Part shown: in pieces, positions 8,854-16,885 of the stretch
How the letters are laid out: the number at the start of each line of letters is the position of its first letter
Position numbering within the stretch: position 1 is the first letter of the stretch
Assembly (NCBI RefSeq): GCF_000407485.1
Contig: NZ_ASWD01000004.1
Location: forward strand, 259,429 to 283,428
Source of the DNA: Enterococcus pallens ATCC BAA-351
Lineage (GTDB): Bacteria > Bacillota > Bacilli > Lactobacillales > Enterococcaceae
DNA: 24,000 nucleotides
Direction of reading: 5' to 3'
Made by a program: the position numbers and the translations under genes
The notes under the pieces: generated by a model
Seen by the model: the letters and a program-made list of their open reading frames with translations, nothing else
Told to the model about the DNA's origin: nothing
Databases searched by the model: none

Positions 8854-10908
8854 TCACACTCCATTGAGCCACTTTTTGAAGAAATCAGATAAAGGTTCTG
8901 CTCTTTCAATTGCGTGGTCTAATTTTTGATAAAAGTTTTCATCATGAGAAAAGGCGTTGATATTCATGACTGTATTGATCAAACGCTCTTTTTCTTTTGA
9001 TGCAATAAAAAATAGTAGCTTGACTGACAAGTCTTTCGGAAAAGTAACTGAATTCTTCACATAGAGAATGTGAATTCCTGATTTCAATACCCCGCTTTTC
9101 TCACTTCCATGTGGAATCGCCATTTGATTGCGAATAACAAAGTGAGCACCATATAAGTTGACTGATTGAGAGATCCCCTCCAAGTAACTCGCTTGGACAA
9201 CCTGCTTTTGTTCTAAACACTCACTACACATAGATAAGCTTGTTTGCCAGTCCTTTACATCCTGCACTATAGTAATATCTTCTTCAGTTAAGCCATCAAA
9301 CAAACTAGATTCCTTGCGTTCTTCTTGAAGGCTTTCGGGAAAAGCTTCCAACAAATCCTTTTTCAAACTGATTGGATTCGAGATAATTGCGTGGCGTTCT
9401 AAAACTTTCAACAATTTGTTTACTGAAATCTTTGATTCCTCCCGTTTGCGAGTAATCCCAAATTCCTTTAGCTTCTGATCATCATTGAAGGTTAAAAAGG
9501 GGGAAATAAACAATATTGGAACTTCTACAGACTTTTTAATCTCAAAAGAAAAATCTAACGTGCTGACAATCAGGTTGATATCTTCTGAAAGATACTCATT
9601 AATTTGATAAATAGAAGAAGTTCCCACAACCTCAACGTTGTAGTTCTTTTCAATTAGATTTTTTAAAAGAACGGATGTGCCGTACCCTGAGTGGCAAACC
9701 AGTAACACACGTAAATTGGGTTGATGTGTCTCTTGAAATCTTCTGATCGCCCCTAAGAAATGAATAACGAACAAAGCAATATCCTCTTTGGAAAAATGCA
9801 CATTCAGCTCTTTTTGATAGATCTCGATATTCTTTTCTAAGAGAGAAAATAAGTTTTGATAATTCCCAATGGCTTGATGATAAATCTCACTATCCATTTC
9901 ATAGGAATTATTTTTGCGATAAATCGTGCTTTTGACATGCTGATACAAGCCTTCCATTAAGATTGGATCCTCTGAAAGCTCCATACCAAGTTCTTTTCCA
10001 ATGCTCGTTACTAATTTAGAAACAAACAGCTTGAAGGACAAAAGATTTTTTTGGTAACTTTGATTGATAGAATCTTCACTGTAGCTAACTAAAATCCCTG
10101 CTAAATGAGCCAGCTCCTTCTCCGAAAAATTTAGGTTACCTTTGATACTCTGCATAAGCTTTTTGATACGTCTATATTCCTCAAGTGATTGAATTTGAGT
10201 TAGGTTTTGCACCTGCTGAATGGAATGACCATAGTAGATGCGATGAATAGCAACGAGAACATTTAGCAGAAGTGTTTCGTAAAAGTTAGTAAATGGATAG
10301 TTATCCGCCAACTCTTTTATCTGTTCCAGCATTTTTCCAAGATCAACATCGATAAAATCTTCAAGGATTCTTCGTTCAATCGGATTAGAAACAAGATGAT
10401 TCTCCTCTTCAGAAAAAAGCACTAAATAATTTTCCCGATAATGATTCAGAATAAAGCGCCTTGTCTCCAGTTCATTCTGGTTGGTAACCTGCCGCTCGTT
10501 CACCTGAAAATGCTCACCTTCTAAAATCGGGATGATTTGTTTGAAATCCGATTTGACCGTATTTCTGGTGACATCCAAAAAATCTGATTCCTTTTGAATA
10601 TTGATTTTTCCCGCAAGTATTAATTTGAAGGTTAAGTACTCTCTTCTTTTGCTCGAATCAGGTTTGTATATTTCTTCTAGCAATTGATTCACAGGGGTAA
10701 AATCCAGCACATTTGAAATAAGCTGTCCATTTAACTCTTTTTGAATTTCTGGCAAGTTCATCATTCTAAGGTAATAATTTAGATTTTCAATTTCATAGCG
10801 TATGGCACTTTCTGAAATAGTTAACTGCTCTTCAATAGCCTTTATTGAAGTTTGAGGATTTTTTTCCAAAAAATAAATCAGTTCTAATAAACGCTGATTC
10901 GCTTTCAC
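8854..10908 (-). CDS. PRD-domain PTS-controlled transcriptional regulator (MtlR/LicR/BglG-family activator: HTH, 2 x PRD, EIIB-like, EIIA-like), 684 aa.
   Basis: N-terminal HTH (MKANQRLLELIYFLEKNPQTSIKAIEEQLTISESAIRYEI), an EIIB-like VLLVCHSGYGTSVLL and a C-terminal EIIA-like MAIPHGS. GTG start with AGGAGG 6 nt upstream. Confidence 0.9.
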   Translation of the reverse strand: MKANQRLLELIYFLEKNPQTSIKAIEEQLTISESAIRYEIENLNYYLRMMNLPEIQKELNGQLISNVLDFTPVNQLLEEIYKPDSSKRREYLTFKLILAGKINIQKESDFLDVTRNTVKSDFKQIIPILEGEHFQVNERQVTNQNELETRRFILNHYRENYLVLFSEEENHLVSNPIERRILEDFIDVDLGKMLEQIKELADNYPFTNFYETLLLNVLVAIHRIYYGHSIQQVQNLTQIQSLEEYRRIKKLMQSIKGNLNFSEKELAHLAGILVSYSEDSINQSYQKNLLSFKLFVSKLVTSIGKELGMELSEDPILMEGLYQHVKSTIYRKNNSYEMDSEIYHQAIGNYQNLFSLLEKNIEIYQKELNVHFSKEDIALFVIHFLGAIRRFQETHQPNLRVLLVCHSGYGTSVLLKNLIEKNYNVEVVGTSSIYQINEYLSEDINLIVSTLDFSFEIKKSVEVPILFISPFLTFNDDQKLKEFGITRKREESKISVNKLLKVLERHAIISNPISLKKDLLEAFPESLQEERKESSLFDGLTEEDITIVQDVKDWQTSLSMCSECLEQKQVVQASYLEGISQSVNLYGAHFVIRNQMAIPHGSEKSGVLKSGIHILYVKNSVTFPKDLSVKLLFFIASKEKERLINTVMNINAFSHDENFYQKLDHAIERAEPLSDFFKKWLNGV

Positions 10909-11067
10909 TTTTTTCCTCCTTTCGGTTATTTATTACACTACTATCATAGTTTAGGCACGGGGATCATACAATGAGCAAAAAATTGAAATACTTCTCGAAA
11001 AATTGACCACTGAAAATCCGATGGAAAAGAATTATTGTATATAGTAAGAAGAAATGGAGGGATTGAA

Positions 11068-11682
11068 ATGATGAGAAACAGCATTATACCATCACTAGCT
11101 TCTGCTAGGCAACTCTACTTAGCAGAGGAAATATTGAAAGCAGAGAATGAGGGATACCCAGAGATCCACCTAGACATTGAAGACGGAAACTTCATCGACA
11201 ATATTACTTTCGGCTTATCCGTTATACATGACACGCGTTATTTAACATCGCTACCCTTCAACGTGCACTTAATGGTGACTCAGCCCAAGAAGTATCTAGA
11301 AGCACTTGTAGACTGTTCACCTTGCAGTGTTTTTATCCATGTTGAGTCTTGCCAAAATCTCGCAGAATTGATTTTTTATTGCCAGCAAAATAAAATCTCC
11401 GTTGGTTTAGCCTTTTTACCAACTACTTCACTGGAAAATTATGCCTACTTAATAAAGAGAGTTTCCATGCTTTTACTGATGACTAGCGAACCGGATGGCC
11501 AAGGACAAACCTTCATTGAGGAAATGATTGAAAAAATCAGTCTAGCTAGGAAAAGATTCCCCGAACAAGAGCTATGGGTTGACGGAGATATTACGATGGG
11601 AAGAGCTAGAGAATTGAAGCAGTTGGGTGTACAAAAATTTGTGATGGGTAGGGAGATTTTTGGGGCTGAGTATAATAAATAG
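11068..11682 (+). CDS. Ribulose-phosphate 3-epimerase family protein (SgcE-like), 204 aa.
   Basis: IHLDIEDGNFIDNITFG (RPE H-x-D-x-x-D-G motif), NVHLMV and WVDGDI are present. Start at the ATG at 11068 with GGAGGG 6 nt upstream. Transcribed divergently from the PTS operon. Confidence 0.85.
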   Translation: MMRNSIIPSLASARQLYLAEEILKAENEGYPEIHLDIEDGNFIDNITFGLSVIHDTRYLTSLPFNVHLMVTQPKKYLEALVDCSPCSVFIHVESCQNLAELIFYCQQNKISVGLAFLPTTSLENYAYLIKRVSMLLLMTSEPDGQGQTFIEEMIEKISLARKRFPEQELWVDGDITMGRARELKQLGVQKFVMGREIFGAEYNK

Positions 11683-11696
11683 TGAGATATGTTTAA

Positions 11697-11744
11697 AACA
11701 CCTAGATCTGTGATCAAAGTATGCTAGGTGTTCTCTTTTTATTG
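11697..11744 (+). terminator. Rho-independent terminator after the epimerase-like gene.
   Basis: A 9-bp stem (aacacctag 11697-11705 with ctaggtgtt 11724-11732) is followed by ctctttttatt. Confidence 0.75.
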
Positions 11745-11856
11745 TTTTGTATTCTTAGTACTAGATGATGCATCAAGTTTGAATTGTTAGATTGCATGAC
11801 TACTTAGCGTAAGCCACTTCCAAAAAAACTCCCTACCGAAATTCAAACCAAAACCA

Positions 11857-11890
11857 GAAAAAAACGCTCAATCATCATTCGATCAAGCGT
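11857..11890 (-). terminator. Probable rho-independent terminator closing the minus-strand fibre-locus transcription unit.
   Basis: The minus strand reads ACGCTtgATC-gaatgat-GATtgAGCGT followed by TTTTTTT. It begins 9 nt after the stop at 11899. The stem has an internal 2x2 mismatch. Confidence 0.5.
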
Positions 11891-11898
11891 CCCTCTAA

Positions 11899-12657
11899 TT
11901 AATTCGTCGCATATTGAAATTCTTCCAACTGTTGAGACCATTGCAGCCAATACTCATAAAATTCTTCACTAAGTCGGTAGCCCCTGCCCCATAGAGTGGT
12001 GATGGTTTCGCCAGTAATACCATGCAATTCAAACTTACGTTTTAATTTGTTAATTAGGCATGACAATTGACTCATATTTGATGGGGTATCTCCGTCACGC
12101 CAGAGATGATCACATAGTTCTTTGCGAGATAATACACCATTTTTGGGATAAGTATCAATCAGACATTCAAATACTTTTCGTTCTGTCTTTGACAAGCTTT
12201 TCAACAACAGCTTTAACTCGTTTTGCTCTGGACGTTCCACTGGATGAGGAAAGGATAAGATCTGGCTGCCGGAAACTAGCTCTTGCTCCAGCTGACGATT
12301 TAAATCATTCATTTTTTCCCGTAAGCTCTCGTAGCTAGTGTCTTTTGTTAGCCAATCTGCAATTCCCTGTTCGTGCCAATAAGCTTGATCTTCTTCGCTT
12401 GGCTCATTTTCCACAATACGCAGCACCATGAGTGGATAGTGCTTCAATAACGTTAGCAGCTGCTCTACTTCCGAATGACACAAGCTTTCGCTTAAGATGA
12501 CCCATTGAAAATACGAAATAAATGGGCTGACAGCGCCTTGTTGCAGGCGTTGAAGCATATCTGCAGAACACAAAACTTCACAGTTCATTCTTTGCAGCTT
12601 GCTAATAATGGTTTCTTCGGTCAAAATATTCTTTGTCAAAATAAGTACATGTTGCAT
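11899..12657 (-). CDS. Atypical (pseudo-receiver) OmpR/PhoB-family winged-helix transcriptional regulator, 252 aa.
   Basis: The C-terminus LSKTERKVFECLIDTYPKNGVLSRKELCDHLW...LINKLKRKF...TLWGRGYRL is a trans_reg_C wHTH. The N-terminus has receiver-like topology. The acidic pocket is replaced (VLILTKN instead of DD), the phospho-Asp position reads VILSES, and the conserved Lys context is kept (GIADWLTKD). No kinase gene lies in the window. Confidence 0.8.
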   Translation of the reverse strand: MQHVLILTKNILTEETIISKLQRMNCEVLCSADMLQRLQQGAVSPFISYFQWVILSESLCHSEVEQLLTLLKHYPLMVLRIVENEPSEEDQAYWHEQGIADWLTKDTSYESLREKMNDLNRQLEQELVSGSQILSFPHPVERPEQNELKLLLKSLSKTERKVFECLIDTYPKNGVLSRKELCDHLWRDGDTPSNMSQLSCLINKLKRKFELHGITGETITTLWGRGYRLSEEFYEYWLQWSQQLEEFQYATN

Positions 12658-12674
12658 GGGGATTCCCCTTTTCT

Positions 12675-13418
12675 TTATGTTTTTGAAGCTTTCTTTTCTT
12701 TAGTCGGCGGTTTCGTCTCCGTTTCTTCAGTATCAATCAACACATTCCATAAAATAATCAATGTCACCACTACACAAATAGCTACCTGTATCCATAATTG
12801 ATCAAAATACGACTCCGCCAGCTTGATACTGAATATTGCTAACAGGAAACAAACGACTAGAATCGCTGCTAACTGAATCTGTTTTAACTCCTGCTGGATG
12901 CGGTAGGTTGTTTCAATTGGCACACGCTTTTGTTGGGCCACCTGACGCACGGAGTTTTTCTCTACCAGCAGCCAGATGATTTCCCGATACAGCTTGCGTG
13001 CCTCCGGTTCTTTGCTAAACAAAGAATACGCACCTTTACTACGATCTCGTTCTTTGCCAGCTTTCATCAAGACCGGATGCAACAAGCGATCATTGCGCAG
13101 TGACCAACGAAAAATCTGCCGCCATTCTTCAATACTCAATTGAGGCAAGTTCAGGACATCCAGAGTCACTTCCAGAGTTTCCAGTTGATCGAGACAAGCC
13201 AGCAGCTGCCGATAATCCCGTGAAACGACCTCCCAGGAAGCAATCACCAAATGATCTCCTGGCTGGGCAAAATTCAGCAGTGCCTGAAACTCACTGGTAG
13301 GAGAGTTCAAGGCTTCTACCTCTTGATGCCCATCTGAAAAGAGTTCATCCACCGGATAATCCTCCAGCATATCCAATTGTTGGGTAATCTGATACCCGCG
13401 TGCATAGCCAAGATTCAT
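12675..13418 (-). CDS. Membrane-tethered serine-recombinase-like protein with a degenerate active site: resolvase-fold N-domain, resolvase-type HTH and two C-terminal TM helices (247 aa). Likely a regulator, not a recombinase.
   Basis: MNLGYARGYQITQQ aligns by eye to the resolvase M..(F/I)GYARVST..Q, with the nucleophilic Ser position not conserved. GDHLVIASWEVVSRDYRQLL resembles resolvase GD.L.V..LDRLGRD. The HTH is SVRQVAQQKRVPIETTYRIQQ. Two TM helices follow (LAAILVVCFLLAIFSIKLA, LWIQVAICVVVTLIILWNVLI). Start at the ATG at 13418 with GAGGAAGG upstream; the track start at 13481 is a TTG. Confidence 0.6.
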   Translation of the reverse strand: MNLGYARGYQITQQLDMLEDYPVDELFSDGHQEVEALNSPTSEFQALLNFAQPGDHLVIASWEVVSRDYRQLLACLDQLETLEVTLDVLNLPQLSIEEWRQIFRWSLRNDRLLHPVLMKAGKERDRSKGAYSLFSKEPEARKLYREIIWLLVEKNSVRQVAQQKRVPIETTYRIQQELKQIQLAAILVVCFLLAIFSIKLAESYFDQLWIQVAICVVVTLIILWNVLIDTEETETKPPTKEKKASKT

Positions 13419-13602
13419 CGTGTCCTTCCTCTTTCTGCTTGAGTTTTTCGTTGAATTCCCCCTCTCGCAGCAGCCTGGCAATCTTTTTTTGCAACTCCTG
13501 TTGACCCTTGATCAGCGAGAACAACAAATAGCTTTGTACCAGTACTACTAGGCCTAATAAAAGTAATAATAGGTAGACCATCGAATATCTCGCCTCTTTC
13601 AT
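13345..13602 (-). CDS. Small single-pass membrane protein (85 aa), hypothetical.
   Basis: MKEARYSMVYLLLLLLGLVVLVQSYLLFSLIKG is followed by a charged helical tail. Its ATG directly abuts the TAG of the 1076-aa gene (TAGATG at 13600-13605), suggesting translational coupling. Its 3' 74 nt overlap the next gene out of frame, so the true end is uncertain. Confidence 0.4.
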   Translation of the reverse strand: MKEARYSMVYLLLLLLGLVVLVQSYLLFSLIKGQQELQKKIARLLREGEFNEKLKQKEEGHDESWLCTRVSDYPTIGYAGGLSGG

Positions 13603-16600
13603 CTATTGGGTTTTTATCTTTCCTAAATCATTTTTTTCGTAATCCCAGCTGTAAGGCTGCGGTGTTTTAGTACTCCCTTTATCATCTGGATTCGGTTTAA
13701 TATACAGGGTTATCCAGAACTCACCATCATTATTTAAGGTATTTTTGGCTATCTGAGGATTCCCTGCCGTATAAGAAGTATTTCCGTTATGGCTTGCTCC
13801 CAGCGGATCGCCTTGTTGCGTTGTACAATAATAACCTACATACTGATAAAACTCTGGTGTGATCAGTGATAATTGCACTTGATCACTTATGTCTGCCAAA
13901 TGATCAGTCGGAATCGATACCTCGGTGAATACAGGATTATCCGTTGATTTTCCAGAATTGGCAGTAAGGTTAGCACGATAGTTTGGATCAATTGCTGGAC
14001 TTCCGCCATTGTCTAAAATATTCTGAATATCGAAATAACTTTTGCTCGGTACAACAATTTCTGCTGAAGAATCCAACACCACCTGTCGAACGTGCCAAAG
14101 TGCGTGACCAGTTAACGTAACATCCAAATAACCCACCGTTGCCGTTCCAGCCGTGTGATTTCCATCGGTTGCTCCATCCCACGTATAGCTAACAGATGGT
14201 CTAACTACTCCAGGCTCCAAAGCATTATGAATGGTTGGCAAATCAACTACCAATTTATTTGCATTCTTCCCAGCGTCTGCCAAAGTTGGTAATTCTGCAG
14301 CTGTTTCATGGGTAGAATCAAAATAATCATAGACTTTCACCTTGCCTCTGGTCAGGACTTCATCACGATCCTGTGTTCCTCGTAATCGGAAGGGGATTGA
14401 ATAATCATCTGCATAGTAAACAACTCCATTAGTATCCTTTGGCGTAACAGCTGGATTTGTTTCACTATTTGGAATCGTGTTTTTTGTCGTTACAAATACC
14501 CACACCCGGTTTTTGACTTCTGCACCAGCTTTTGGTTTGTATACCACATCCACAGGATAAGGCTTCGCAACGGTTGCCTCTCGTAACGCTTTTAGTTGAT
14601 TGGCATCCACTATTACCTTGCCTGATAACTTACTCGAATCTGTTCCGTCCTCATCCAAACCATTTCCGTAATCACCATCGCCGCTGCCATGTTTAGTCAA
14701 ATTCCAAGCCATTGTTTTGGCAAGCTTCTTAAATGCGGCTTCATCCGCTACATCAGCTGCAACAGTATTCAACGGAACATGGAAATTCTTTGCATCTAAC
14801 GCATACTCATCATTTTCATCAATCACAGTCTCATCTGTCACATTATTAATGTAGGTAGATGTAGTTGATGTTTGCTTCTGACTGTCAGAAACAAAATAAG
14901 TCAACAGCTGTGGTCCAGATTTATTTTTATCAAAGCCCAATTTAGCCCAGTCAATCGGATCAGAGGATTTCAGTGTTGTCCCATCTGCTTCATAAACTAA
15001 CGAATTTGGATTTTTATTAATCCTTTCTCTCAGCCAAGAAATATCGTAAAGAAACAGCCCCTTATCAATATCCATCGTATCGTAAACCTGAGTGGCCTTA
15101 GCATCAGTCATAGCTCCGTTTTTCGATCCAGTTAACAGCCAGCGATCTAAGCTTGCCTGTTGATTAACCGCGGGGTCATCTAAATCAACAATGAACGGAT
15201 CCGGAGCTTTAATTAAAGGTGTCCAATCATCAGTTTTACGCAAGATGGAAACAAACGCATTTCCCTTCGTTGGAGAGAGTGCTTGAGAAGACCATTCTTT
15301 ATTCGATCCACTGGCTATCTCACCAGGAAAGTTCCCATAAACCACTTCATCAATAAAATTGGTTTCTCTTGTAGTAAAGGCTCCAGAAAGTACGAATAAG
15401 TCCTCATCCCCAACAAAATTATTTATTTCAATCACTGAGGCCGATTCTGGAAATTCTAATTGGATGGAAGAGGCACTTTTCCAATTAAACTCTGCATCCA
15501 TATAGCCGCTGTATATTCCTGGCTGATTTCCAATATTTTCTAATGCTCCTTCGATGTTACTTACTTGACCGGCATAGAAGTAGCCTGACCCTTGTTTTGA
15601 AAAACGGAACCTTGTCCCCTTAGGAAATACCTTTAAGTTTTTTATCGTCGAGGTATTGACATTTAGCTCAATAATTTCTACTTGTGTCTCGTCTATTGCA
15701 CTATTTCTGTAAACCTGAGCAATTATTTTATTTTTATCAGAAATATCTGGTTGAAATGAGACAGAAGAATTAGGAAAACGAGCAATCTCAGTTCTACTGG
15801 CCTTCTTAGTTGTTGGATTGATGTCCCATCGGCAAATTCTATTTACGACGCCACCCATTTCGGTAGAAGTTGTTTCTGTGCCTAATACAACCGTGTCACT
15901 GATCGGATACATATTACCAATTCCGGCGTGATTGCGGCTATTCGATCCATGAAGCTCCGCTGCAACATCTGGAGAAGCTTCAAATTCTATCCTATTCAAT
16001 AACTGGCCATTAAAATGTTCAACATTAATAAACACACTTTTATCCGTAGAAGTTGGATAAATAACTGGTGTGCTCATATTTGTCCCAGAATTTGAAATCC
16101 AACAGCCCTGAATAGTCTGCCCCTTCATATCAACTGTACTCATATCAACAGCTCGTTTATTATCTAGAGGAGATATAGCTAGATGGGTTCCTTCATCTAC
16201 AAAAGTTGTTGTATTGATATTGTGAGAACTTGTTGTGTATAGAGCCATGAATTCAGTTCCGCTCTTTTGGAAAAATGAGTTGTAGACCACTTGCCTAGTT
16301 CCACTGGATTGATTGATATTATTGGGCGTTTCATGCACCCATTTAGTATCTAGAACCTCTCCGGTACGTGACTGTAAAATAATTCTTGTTTGATTAATAT
16401 TGTTGTACCCAGCTCCATAGGGATAAGTAGTAAAAATCTGCATAGAAATTACATTTCCCTTACTGGTAATATAACTCCTTGATGTATAGTTTCGAATCTG
16501 ACTACTAAACAGCTTGGTTTTTGCTGTTTCTGTCTCTGACAATTGCTTTCCTAAAGAAGGAATGTTCATGTCATATTGACGAAAAAGATCGTAACCGCTC

Positions 16601-16833
16601 TGATATTCTAGTTTTGTTTGACCGTCCACCGGAACCTCAAATTCATTCGTGCCCCCTTGATCCAGTTTAATCGTATTCGTTGGGTGGGCAGAGACTGCTT
16701 GTTTCTTCTGAGACAGACTCAATCCAGTGATAACTCCCATAATTAGCAAGACAGCCAAGCCTACAAATGCCAGTGCTCTTTTCCCTTGCTTGTTTTTCAC
16801 TAAAAGAAAACGAACCCTGTTTCTCTTCTTCAT
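13603..16833 (-). CDS. Large secreted protein of unknown function (1076 aa) with an N-terminal signal peptide and no recognisable anchor.
   Basis: The N-terminus MKKRNRVRFLLVKNKQGKRALAFVGLAVLLIMGVITGLSLSQKKQAVSA|HP has a basic n-region, an h-region and an AxA-like site. The remainder is hydrophilic, rich in Asn/Thr/Ser/Gly/Tyr and looks beta-rich. There is no LPXTG, no convincing WxL motif and no C-terminal TM. AAGGAG SD lies 9 nt upstream. Confidence 0.85.
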   Translation of the reverse strand: MKKRNRVRFLLVKNKQGKRALAFVGLAVLLIMGVITGLSLSQKKQAVSAHPTNTIKLDQGGTNEFEVPVDGQTKLEYQSGYDLFRQYDMNIPSLGKQLSETETAKTKLFSSQIRNYTSRSYITSKGNVISMQIFTTYPYGAGYNNINQTRIILQSRTGEVLDTKWVHETPNNINQSSGTRQVVYNSFFQKSGTEFMALYTTSSHNINTTTFVDEGTHLAISPLDNKRAVDMSTVDMKGQTIQGCWISNSGTNMSTPVIYPTSTDKSVFINVEHFNGQLLNRIEFEASPDVAAELHGSNSRNHAGIGNMYPISDTVVLGTETTSTEMGGVVNRICRWDINPTTKKASRTEIARFPNSSVSFQPDISDKNKIIAQVYRNSAIDETQVEIIELNVNTSTIKNLKVFPKGTRFRFSKQGSGYFYAGQVSNIEGALENIGNQPGIYSGYMDAEFNWKSASSIQLEFPESASVIEINNFVGDEDLFVLSGAFTTRETNFIDEVVYGNFPGEIASGSNKEWSSQALSPTKGNAFVSILRKTDDWTPLIKAPDPFIVDLDDPAVNQQASLDRWLLTGSKNGAMTDAKATQVYDTMDIDKGLFLYDISWLRERINKNPNSLVYEADGTTLKSSDPIDWAKLGFDKNKSGPQLLTYFVSDSQKQTSTTSTYINNVTDETVIDENDEYALDAKNFHVPLNTVAADVADEAAFKKLAKTMAWNLTKHGSGDGDYGNGLDEDGTDSSKLSGKVIVDANQLKALREATVAKPYPVDVVYKPKAGAEVKNRVWVFVTTKNTIPNSETNPAVTPKDTNGVVYYADDYSIPFRLRGTQDRDEVLTRGKVKVYDYFDSTHETAAELPTLADAGKNANKLVVDLPTIHNALEPGVVRPSVSYTWDGATDGNHTAGTATVGYLDVTLTGHALWHVRQVVLDSSAEIVVPSKSYFDIQNILDNGGSPAIDPNYRANLTANSGKSTDNPVFTEVSIPTDHLADISDQVQLSLITPEFYQYVGYYCTTQQGDPLGASHNGNTSYTAGNPQIAKNTLNNDGEFWITLYIKPNPDDKGSTKTPQPYSWDYEKNDLGKIKTQ

Positions 16834-16885
16834 TCTTCTCGACTCCTTTTCTCAAACCTCATCAAATCAATGTTCCACTTGGTAA

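Noticed and set aside
11002-11015. The 14-mer attgaccactgaaa occurs both at 11002-11015 (PTS/epimerase intergenic region) and at 23452-23465 (upstream of the P-type signal peptidase). It might be a shared regulatory site or repeat.
   Set aside because: One exact 14-mer match among all position pairs on both strands of a 24-kb window is about what chance predicts. The flanks do not extend the match and the contexts are unrelated.
13484-13490. A dnaX-type slippery heptamer A_AAA_AAG, in the correct zero-frame phase, inside the small TM ORF just upstream of the region where it overlaps the pseudo-resolvase frame. It might indicate programmed -1 frameshifting that fuses the two proteins.
   Set aside because: Translating the -1 frame from the heptamer gives KKDCQAAARGGIQRKTQAERGRTR and then a TGA. 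The pseudo-resolvase frame is +1, not -1, relative to the small ORF. A -1 slip therefore cannot produce a fusion, and I saw no obvious downstream stimulatory structure.
13603-13800. Possible WxL-type non-covalent anchoring motif at the C-terminus of the 1076-aa protein (FWITLYIKP, YSWDYEKNDLG).
   Set aside because: The residues do not form the paired W-x-L motifs at the spacing typical of WxL domains. No DUF916/DUF3324-type WxL-cluster partners are present.
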